From assembly GCA_025603075.1 (NCBI GenBank), contig MU626439.1:1-38853 (forward strand): 38,853 nt of DNA, in the 5' to 3' direction. Origin of the DNA: Neoconidiobolus thromboides FSU 785. Taxonomy: Eukaryota > Fungi > Entomophthoromycota. Both the position numbers and the translations under genes were made by a program. Below are positions 12,507 through 21,910 of the stretch, piece after piece (the first letter of the stretch is position 1; each line of letters starts with the position of its first letter). The notes beneath the pieces were generated by a model that had not been told where the DNA came from, did not search any database, and saw only the letters and a list, made by a program, of their open reading frames with translations.

Positions 12507-14748
12507 TTATAGTTTGGGTTTTCTTAAATTAATTTCTCCCTTAAAGTCCCCAATACTATAAGTCTCCCAATCATTAGCAATTGGTGAAAGAATCAGTCCA
12601 TCTGGAATAGCAAATCCATCTAGATAAGTCAATGTTTGCTTTGAAACAAGTTCTATTTGTTGCTTCAATAATTGAGATAATCGACATGCATTAGCAGGAG
12701 TAATAAATTCATTACTCATTAAATAGCCAAAGTCAGCTTCTAAAGTAGAAAGCATATAAACTTTACATAACTCTTTTAAGGCACCTCTAGAATAAAAACT
12801 TTTAGTATCGATTTGAGTTATATAATTATATTGGCTCACCTTGTAGCTTTTGATACTTTTTCATCTTGAATAACACAAGCAAATTCTTGTAAGCTAAAGA
12901 ATTCACCATAGGTCCGAGACAAGTCCTGAACGAGCTCGGATTCTTCCTTCATCCAGATTTGAAAGATATCTTTTCCTTCCTTTCTTTTCTGAATAGTAAT
13001 TGCACCAAGCTAATAAAGTATTAATATAGTTTATAACAAACTTTCTAAATTTACTTGTTTAACACGATTTATAAATCTTAAATTCATAAGGTCTACTAAA
13101 CTATTAAAATCATCAACTTTCCAGCTCTGGGGTGCACCACGGTTGTAGAAAGGAGAGAAATTGAATTTCTTCTGCTTAATATCAGAAAGTAATTCTTTAG
13201 CTGCTTTTTGCATTAAAACAACATTATCCCCTTCTGCAGTAATACACTAAATTTAAAAATTAAGAAAATAAAATTTAAAAAATAGTAGAATTTTACGGCA
13301 TGAGCTGAGCCGATAATGGCAGTAAAGGCAGAATGCTGTAGATATCCTTGTCCACCACACCTTTCACGACCAATAGAACCGCAACGTTCAGCATTCCAAG
13401 TTACTAAAGGTTTAATTGTACAACACAAACGAATTATTTCTGAATAAGAATATTGTTCAGGGTGAGCCCACACCCTCTTCGTATAATTTAAGCCAAAATT
13501 CAGTGCAAAAGTACGTGCCAAAAGCGGTATTAAAGCTTTTTGTTGAAGTTGATATTCAAGGATAGGGGTATCTGATTTTCCTGTACGACCCCCAGCAAGT
13601 CGAGTTGCTGAATATCTTAAAGCTATCGTTAGGGCTAATTTTGCCCCTGATAAGCTCACGGCGGACATACACAAACGACCAGTTAATAGCTGGTCTGCAA
13701 CTTTACCAAACCGGCTATATATGTTAGTTTTTAAATATGTATATATATATATATATTACTTTCTCCGTCCTACAATTTCAGAAGTATAAGTACCGTTAGG
13801 TAGAACATCAGAGTAACGATTTAATAAATTAATTCTTGGGGTTCTAGACAAATTTTTTTAAAAAATATATTAAAAAAAGAAATTGCACTATACCTAACAT
13901 GATCGAATTTCAATACTGCACTATCCACGCCATCTAGGCCAATCTTATTGCCCATTTCACGAATCGTTACCCCTGGACATATTTCATTATTTGGGCCATC
14001 ACGAATTTTTACAATGAAGCAATGAATCCCTTCTTGCTTTCCTTTAACCTCGAGCTGAGCAAACACTATTGCATATTTTGCATGCTTAGCTCCATTACTT
14101 ATCCAGAATTTTTGACTCTTTACTGTTGGGCTATTGATAATGAATTCTTGAGTTTTTTCATCATAAATAGCAGTGGTTTCCATTTCAATAGCATTATTAC
14201 CATACCCTAGCTCAGTAAGTGCAAAGCAACCAGTTGCATCAAAATTATTAACTTCTTTTAAGATCTCGTTATGGCGTTCAGTACCAAGTTTAACTAAAGT
14301 TCCAATAAACTAAATAAGGTGTTAGTTAATAATGAAGAAACGTAAAGTATATTACAAGGTTATAATGTACGGTAATTTTGGTGGTTATTGATTCAGGTGG
14401 AAAACTTGTAACTTCATGAACTACTCAATTATTTATATATTACCATAAAAGATGAAAATTAAACTTACCAGCTAATATATTTAAAGGGTTTTTAGTAAAA
14501 TCAGCAACGTCAATAAACTTTCCTTTTGCAATTGCTCTTAATTGTTCGAATACTCGCTCTTGCTTTTCATGTTGTAAACAATTAAACTTTGGAGCAAATA
14601 ACTCAATATTTTTCTCTATAAATGCTTTTAATCTTATTCTGTTTTCACGGTCATGAAAATCCAGCAATTGATTGACTTCATCTGAATCAAAAGTAGGAGC
14701 ATCAAAGCGCTGACGATTGTTTATAAAGGCAGAAGATGATTTAGACAT
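12507..14748 (-). CDS. ACOX: Peroxisomal acyl-CoA oxidase, 8 exons, C-terminal PTS1-like RKPKL
   Basis: Spliced translation gives [72 protein letters not shown] and [12 protein letters not shown], all hallmarks of the acyl-CoA oxidase family. It ends in PKL-stop. Confidence 0.93.
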
Positions 14749-15549
14749 GAGATTTTCTCAAATATAATGATAAGAAATGTAACTGAGTCACCCTATTTAT
14801 ATACCTTTCCTCACTCTTCTAGAATATTTCTTTAAAACATTTTAAATAGCTTTTTTGCCTTTAATTTATAGTATAATTTTGTAGACATGGATAATGATCC
14901 ATTAAAAATAAATAGCTAACTTTGTTAAGGTAGGATCCTAAGTACATTATTCTTGGGGAAAATAGCTTAATAGCCTAGAATTTTTACCCCAACTTAGCAT
15001 ATTTAAAGCATCAGGTTTAACTTTGATTTAGCAAACAAGTTAGAATGATGTAATAGCGATTAACTTCAACCTAAAAATTAATTTTTTTCTAAGATTGATT
15101 AACAGCAACATAGAGTTTTACTCCTAAAATTTAAAAAAATTACAAATAATGAAAAGGGGATGAAATAGTAATTAATAATGACCTTAAACAAAATTATATT
15201 AACACATCTTGAAAAATAAAATAAAGCATATTAATAATAAATTTTTTTGAAACTTTTATTTGGATCGATATCATTACGTGCTTAAACTGATCTGATTAAA
15301 TACTTATAATTAAAATCCACTATCATGTGTTTTAAAATAATTTTACCACTTTTGGAGTGATCTCTGCTTTTTATTAACTTTAGGAGTAAAAACTATGATG
15401 GCGTAAATCAACCTCAAATAATTACACCATAAAATAAAACTAGTTTCTTACTTAATATAGCTATTACAACTTCTTTATGACCTATTTGGCTGCTCATTTG
15501 AGAATGGCATTTGTGCTATAACTTTAGGCAAAATGTATATTAGGCTTTA

Positions 15550-15627
15550 AAAAATTGGCTATCTAGAGAAGTTGATTATAAAAGCCATGACTAAAAAAGT
15601 TGTGGAAGAGTTGCAACGGCTGTAATC
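15550..15627 (+). pseudogene. Second copy of the putative integrase zinc-finger relic
   Basis: Diverged match to the reverse complement of 1199-1275. Confidence 0.3.
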
Positions 15628-16428
15628 TGATGTTATTTGGATAAACAAACTGTACCTAATTTATTAAGACGATTCAAAAATTATACGAGTGATGAAATTT
15701 TAGAAACAATCATAACTATTTTAATCTATTTTTTATTTACACTATCACAAAGCTTAACCACATTTATTTTAAGCTATAGAAATCAGCTCTAATATAGCGG
15801 CATAAACTTAAATATTATATTAAAATTAATAATCATTTTATTGCTATTTTGTTGTAATAATGAAAAATGTTTAAATCTTTATGTTGAAACATGAAACAAT
15901 AAATGGATAATTGCTTAGATTAATTTGCATTACCTTTGTTCATTTTAAAATTGAGTGTACATACGTAAATAAAGGATAGTGAGTCTTTACCCCTTAATAA
16001 AAATCATCATTAGTTTGGAGGAAGATTAGAAAATATAAAGCTATAAATAATTTTACATCTTTTTAGCTAATGTTTCAGGGTGAAAACATTTATACTTAAG
16101 CTATTTTTTTACCAATTTAACTTATAAAATAGTACTCCGGACTTTTACTTATTAGGGAAATTTTATAAAATTAAAAATGATAGTTTATATTACGATAACA
16201 GGAAATTTAATAATGTCAAATGTTGATTAAATTATTTTATTGGTGATGTACCTGAAATGTAAAAACTAGTATAAAAGCCCTCACAATTTTAATGAAGCAG
16301 ATAAACCATCCTTTGTAAATTATTTATATTGTTTTATAAGCGTATTACTATATTACTAAAAATCATCTAATAAGTCGAATACTATAGCTATAACTATAAC
16401 TATAAATTTTAACCCAAACCAATATAAA

Positions 16429-17679
16429 ATGATTAAGAAATCCAAAAGCCAGGATAAGTTGAACCAGACTAATAAGAGTTCTAACCATATTCCTATATCG
16501 TTTAATGGAAAAGAAAAAGCAGTAGAATCCGCAGCTATTGTACCAAATGTCATGGAATTAGAAATTACAGATAAAGCCAAAAAATATTTCAAAACTAGAA
16601 CACCAGGGGGTAACGGCGCAATAAGAGATCTTATAGTAAGACCACCACTTACTAAAGATAGTATCAACGTTGGTGATAACGATTATCTCTGTATCGCAAA
16701 AGCTGTAGCTGTAACTAACCATGACTCTGAAGTAGTTATGTCAAGCGCTTTTATATCCGATGATGGGCCACAAGGTTTATTTCAGAAGCAACTAGCAGAA
16801 TATATGGGCAAAGAAGCTTCCATGATTGCACAATCAGGATATGCAGCTAATGCTGGCCTTATTCAAGGTTTTTGCAACAGTAAAACCAATGTGTACATAG
16901 ATAATCTTCTACATGGATCCTTTAGAGATGGCTTGGGTTTTGTTAGACCAAAAACACACATATTTAAGCATAATGACGTTAATGAGTTGGAAGAGATGAT
17001 TAGAAAAAATGGTCATGGTATCATTATAGTTGAAAGTTTATATAGTGTAACAGGAGACTTCGCGCCTATTAAAGATATAATAAGCATCAAAAAGAAATAC
17101 GGTTGCTTTCTAGTGGTTGACGAATCACATGGAATAGGATTATATGGACATAAAGGCAGAGGATATTCCAGTTTGTTTGATTACAAGGAAGTCAATATCG
17201 TTACCGCTAGTTTAGCAAAAGCTTTCTGTGCAAGAGCAGGAGTTATAGCTGGGGATAAACTACTTATCGACTATGCAAGAGAACATTCAATGCCTAATAT
17301 ATTTAGTACTTGTATAATGAATTATGATTTGATCCGAATGCATAAAATATTACATAGGATAATAGATATGGATAAAGAGCGAGAACATCTTTTGAACATC
17401 TCAAAAGAGTTTAGAAATTCTTTGGAGCGTTGTGGTGCAAATTATACCAAATCCGATATTCCTTCACCAATTGTTAGCTTGGTGTTTCCATCAGAAAAAA
17501 GTATGGTGAAAATGAACAAATATCTGCTAGAGAAAAATGTATTTGCTTCATGTTTTATTTATCCAACTACACCAATAAACGCCCCTTGTCTAAGATTTAC
17601 ATTGAACTCGGATATTACTATGAAGGATATCAACTATATAATGTCACAAATAACTTCCTATAATGGCTCAAAGTTATAA
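16429..17679 (+). CDS. cqsA: PLP-dependent alpha-oxoamine synthase of the CqsA/LqsA (alpha-hydroxyketone autoinducer synthase) type, intronless, C-terminal PTS1 SKL
   Basis: Motifs NDYL, MSSAFI, QSGYAANAGLIQ, TNVYID..H162, HGIIIVESLYS, GCFLVVD231ESH, TASLAK264AF..RAG, NIFST, VFASCF and RFTLNSD. These run colinear with Vibrio CqsA as I recall it (NDYL, MSASFL, QSGWNANVGLLQ, TNVYID..H, GPGIIVVDSIYS, GCALLVDESH, TASLAKTF..RAG, AIFSS, VFGSVF, RLSLNSD). The family-level call (class II aminotransferase/AONS) is firm; the CqsA subfamily call needs a phylogeny. Confidence 0.85.
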   Translation: MIKKSKSQDKLNQTNKSSNHIPISFNGKEKAVESAAIVPNVMELEITDKAKKYFKTRTPGGNGAIRDLIVRPPLTKDSINVGDNDYLCIAKAVAVTNHDSEVVMSSAFISDDGPQGLFQKQLAEYMGKEASMIAQSGYAANAGLIQGFCNSKTNVYIDNLLHGSFRDGLGFVRPKTHIFKHNDVNELEEMIRKNGHGIIIVESLYSVTGDFAPIKDIISIKKKYGCFLVVDESHGIGLYGHKGRGYSSLFDYKEVNIVTASLAKAFCARAGVIAGDKLLIDYAREHSMPNIFSTCIMNYDLIRMHKILHRIIDMDKEREHLLNISKEFRNSLERCGANYTKSDIPSPIVSLVFPSEKSMVKMNKYLLEKNVFASCFIYPTTPINAPCLRFTLNSDITMKDINYIMSQITSYNGSKL

Positions 17680-17849
17680 CTTTTTATTTCTCCTACATGA
17701 CAAATTATTAACAGTTACATTATGTTGCATCGTATATTAAATTTTGAATTTAAATAAAAATATTAAACTTCTTAAAATAATGTAATTTTAAACTATCTTT
17801 AATTCTATTTTTTGCCTTTAATAAATACAGCATTTGCCAAATCCAACCA

Positions 17850-18800
17850 AAACAATCTTAACTAAGTCACAAGTAAACATTCCAAGCAAAGTCTTTGTTT
17901 TAACCGCAGGCTTGTGAAGTACTCATATATATTATATTAAACCTTCTATCAATAACCCTATATCAATCAGCACTACAGCCGCAAGCTTATCCTATACATA
18001 GCCTCAAATTTACGAGCCAGAATATTTGTTTACCAAGTATAAATTATCTAGGACAAAGCTCAGCTCTCGAGAAATCACATCTCTTTCAATAATAGTATAG
18101 TTTGTTTTGTCTCTTTCCTCGCCCTGTTACTCCTTAATATCTGTTCTCACTTATAATATTTATTTTATATTAAAAACGAATACCTGGGGGTTTTTTGACT
18201 CAATCAAGGTTTTTAAAAAAATCACTTTTACTTGGTTTTGCTTGGTAATTTCTTTACAAGTAATAACACCTTGAAGGTTAAAATTTTATATTTAATATCC
18301 TAACTTCATCTTTTACCTTCAATGTAATGTTGTGATTTGTAATTATATAGTGTGCATCATCTATAATACTAATTGAAATTCTATAGCTTTTTAAACGTTT
18401 GAACGTTTTATTATTCAAGCATATTAAATAAAGCTTTGCTAACAAAACCAATAGTAGATTGCAGCGCTAATAAAAATTGTCTTAAAAATTAAAAAACTAC
18501 TTTAGATATTCATTTCTCAGCAACTAATAGTTGAAATGCACCCATTTTTTTGCGGTTGTATTTAACTATACTATATTAATGCCTATATTAAACATTACTC
18601 TTATAGGTTTTGTATTAGATTAACTATAATCCCTCAAATCAATATTTGAAATGGGATAACTTCTGTTAGCACTGTATAAAAAAGCCTTAAGTGATACTTG
18701 GGCCAAAAATTCCATACATTTTTTGTCATAAAGCTTTAATTTTTATTGATTTGAAGTTAAACCCATGATGTTTTATTGAATAATAATTATTAGAAAATTA
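17850..18800 (-). mobile_element. Possible heavily decayed Ty3/Gypsy pol relic
   Basis: Scattered minus-strand fragments in the expected order: MEFL (RT), FI*YA*IIK, NYTIIER, ILARKF, HKPAVK (RNase H-like). Many stops are present and motif spacing is only partly consistent. Confidence 0.3.
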
Positions 18801-19323
18801 TCAAGTATTGGAGCTGAAGTAGAAGTATTTAAGGGGTATTAAGGTATTAAAGCTTTTTATATATAGCTGATGCTCCTATCAAGCGACTTATGGCTATATG
18901 CTTGATAAGATTCTTGAGTTTTGTATTTTTAGAAAAATGCTATAGTGTGGCAAATTTTAATTAATTAATCAAATAGTATTATCAGGAATTTATTGGATAT
19001 TAAAATGTATAATTTCAAGAACTAATACATAATATTTGAAATTGTATTTAATGAATAATTATATCTTATACAGTAGTTTCAAAATATAGCGCTTGAGAAA
19101 ATAGAAACTACTGTGTAACGTAGTATTAAACAATGCAAAGACTAAACTTAAGATAACATTTTATTAACCTTGAATGTTTTAATGGTCTCCAATGGTATTT
19201 GATTTGTGAAAACGAGCTTTATTATATGAATACTAAAATTAATATCTACAACTTGTCATCACTTGATTTGTCCTTTATTTCTAATGCATTTATTATCTAA
19301 AAGTATTACCTTTATGTAAATAA

Positions 19324-19482
19324 ATGGGGGCATATTTTTGTGTTTGAGGATTTGATTTTACTAACAATCTTTCCACTTAAATAATGTTTAAAAAATGAAA
19401 AAATAATGAAATCAAGAAATACCCCTCCTATATGTTAAATCATAATTTGAGTGGAAAGACTGTTAGTAGAATTCCTAAACAC
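19324..19482 (-). mobile_element. Composite MITE (full copy plus inverted half arm), left arm of foldback
   Basis: Family core present twice in opposite orientation; 19332-19468 is the reverse complement of 19776-19912. Confidence 0.9.
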
Positions 19483-19573
19483 TCTTTTATGATAATTAAA
19501 GTAAATAATATTTAAATTTATTTAGAAACCAATCTAATTTTTGGGTTCAAGTTTTCAACTTTATAAGTTTTTA

Positions 19574-19680
19574 ATATGAGGATGTGTTTTTATGTTTAAG
19601 AATTTCACTAACGATTTTTCTACTCAAATAGTGGCTTAAAAGGTGGAGAAAGTAATGAAGTCAAAAAAACATCTCCATAT
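19574..19680 (-). mobile_element. MITE family copy F, inside the foldback loop
   Basis: atatgaggatgtgttttt...tactcaaatagtggcttaaaagg...aaaaaaacatctccatat. Confidence 0.9.
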
Positions 19681-19745
19681 GTAATTAAATTCAAAATTTT
19701 AATCAACTTTTTTTATCTAACTTGAAAATAAAACTAGTTATTTAA

Positions 19746-19916
19746 ATGGGGATGTATTTTTGTGTTTAGCAATTTTACTAACAGTCTTTCCACTCAAATT
19801 ATGATTTAACATATAGGAGGGGTATTTCTTGATTTCATTATTTTTTCATTTTTTAAACATTATTTAAGCGGAAAGATTGTTAGTAAAATCAAATCCTCAA
19901 ACATAAAAATATATCC
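19746..19916 (+). mobile_element. Composite MITE (half arm plus full copy), right arm of foldback
   Basis: 137-bp inverted match to 19332-19468 with 2 mismatches. Confidence 0.9.
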
Positions 19917-19953
19917 TTACATATATAAAGTTATGCAATTACTTTAATATTTA

Positions 19954-20045
19954 AAAAGCTTTTATTTAAAAAGTTTATAAAAATTAATATATAAGCAGAT
20001 ATAGGGAATTATTCTAAATTTGGAAAGTTTTTATATTATATATAA
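19954..20045 (+). repeat. ~90-bp diverged direct repeat, copy 2
   Basis: Matches 11219-11310. Confidence 0.7.
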
Positions 20046-20113
20046 GTTTATGAAATAAGTAATACTTTAAAAGTTGATTTTGATTTTTTTGTCAAATAAT
20101 ATAGAAAATATAC

Positions 20114-20219
20114 ATATGGTGATGTTTTTTTTGTCTCCATTACTTTTTCCATTTTTAAGCACTATTTAAGTGGAAAGATTATTAGCAAAATTCTTAAACG
20201 AAAAAATACATTCCTATAT
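20114..20219 (+). mobile_element. MITE family copy G
   Basis: atatggtgatgttttttttgtctccattactttttccatttttaagcactatttaagtggaaag...aaaaatacattcctatat. Confidence 0.9.
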
Positions 20220-20256
20220 ATTTTATTAAATATAGCAATAAATTATGTTATATAAT

Positions 20257-20790
20257 ATTTAGTAAATTAAAAAATCAACCTCAGTTTATTTCATAAAAAC
20301 ATTACAAGATCTAAAAGTTTCAATACTTACTAAGTAAGTGAGTATTTTATTGAGTATTTTATTAAGTGATAAAAATTAATTATTAAATCTTAATATTGTT
20401 TAAGTTATTAACAGCTAAGTTAATAAATAAAGACTATTATATTATTTATATTATATAGTAATTAACTATAGTTTTAAAGCCAACATTTCCTCCTATACAG
20501 CTATCTATCAACTTAATGATATATTGATAATACAATTATAACATTAAAACAATCTGTTTATTTGATACTAAATCTTCAATGTTGACTATGAAGGAGTTAA
20601 TAATATATATTTTTAATAAAGTTTTGTAGAAAGATGTATCTATTTGCATACAACTTTGATTAATATCAATATATAGATTATATTAGTAAAAGCCTTGCTA
20701 ATCCGTGAATTTGTGTTAAATTCAATACAAATTCCACTAACTTGTAACATAAATTATAAAATAATTAAAACTGTCAGATACCTTTGCTTT
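20257..20790 (+). repeat. ~535-bp near-identical direct repeat, copy 2
   Basis: Matches 11735-12273. Confidence 0.97.
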
Positions 20791-21530
20791 CTAATAAAGA
20801 GTTTGTTTTATAATTTTAAGCAAAAATTTAATATAAAATGCTTGAAAAATTGAGTTTTATTTTAGTATTGTTTTATTGGTTGTTTTGTTCATAATTTAAG
20901 TTTTAAAAATTAGATAAAAAAGTGAAATCGATTCAGCAGACCATTCCTACCTATTATTAATTACAAATGTAAGATTATCTCTTAGTTTAAAATAAGCATG
21001 CTTTTCCAATAAAAGCTTCTTATTATTGCAACCTATAGTTTTATTGGGATAAACTTGCGCAAAATTGTAAAAAAAATCTATAAAATAAGATAGATTATAA
21101 AATAAATACTAGCAAAGTTCTCACATTAAATAAATTGATTTTTCAAAATATGCAGGTCCCAAATTTAATTCATTTCAAATGCAAAAATAATGTTTTGAGG
21201 TTCCGATCATAACTAATATTTGTAATTAACAAATTTAACTTAAATGATTGGATTTATTTTATGCAAGTTAATCATACAGTTAGCCATTCTATATGATGAT
21301 TATGCAAACTAGACTTTATATTTTTACAAATATACCCAATATATTAAATAATGAATTTTGGTTATTGAAATAACACGACTGTTCCGTTCTCAACAGTTAA
21401 ATCTCAAATATACTAAAGCCATCTATCAACTATAAATATAATACGAAAGTAATAATACAATTTATATTATTTATTATATAAGTACTCATTTTGAAGCTTC
21501 TAAAATCTTTAAAAAGTGCCTTTGAACAAA

Positions 21531-21631
21531 ATATAAGAATGTTTTTTGATTTCATCATTTTTTCATTTTTTTAAGCCCTATTTGAGAAGACTATTAGTAA
21601 ACTTCTTGAGCAAAAAAATACATCCCCATAT
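21531..21631 (+). mobile_element. MITE family copy H
   Basis: Ends in aaaaaaatacatccccatat; small internal deletion. Confidence 0.85.
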
Positions 21632-21816
21632 GTATTCTTAAAAAAATTCCCAACAGCTGAATATCTTATTGTTAAATATACTTGACAAAGTTTTGATAAC
21701 AAATCAAAAAGGCAGTTTATAGCTAGAGTTTAAAAGAAGTATATAGTAAAAAAGTAAAGAAATGAGTATACTAATTCTTGTATATCGTCTACTGATAAAT
21801 TTTCATTTTTATTAAT

Positions 21817-21910
21817 TAAGGGTGTTTTTTTAAGAAATTTATCAGGATTTTTTCTACTCAATAGTATTTAAGAAATCGAAAAAGTGATAAAATTAAGAAA
21901 TATCTCCAAT
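21817..21910 (-). mobile_element. MITE family copy I (strongly degenerate)
   Basis: tttttctactcaatagtatttaagaaatcgaaaaagtgataaaattaagaaatatctccaat resembles the minus-orientation consensus. Confidence 0.55.

Noticed and set aside
16356-16667. 103-aa minus-strand ORF overlapping the cqsA-like gene
   Set aside because: Antisense shadow of a well-supported gene, with no motifs.
16429-17679. Calling the gene a plain BioF, ALAS or serine palmitoyltransferase, or bacterial contamination
   Set aside because: The motifs fit CqsA better than those families. The gene has a eukaryotic PTS1 and is embedded among intron-containing genes and host repeats, so contamination is unlikely. A BioF-like function is kept as an alternative hypothesis.
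16429-17679. Lack of introns as proof of horizontal transfer
   Set aside because: Insufficient alone: RPA2 in this window has a 2.4-kb exon. A phylogeny is needed.
11735-20790. Interpreting the 535-bp repeats as the LTRs of a retrotransposon, or as Helitron ends
   Set aside because: There are no TG..CA termini, primer-binding site or intact gag/pol between them, and no TC..CTRR ends. The interior holds intron-containing host-type genes.
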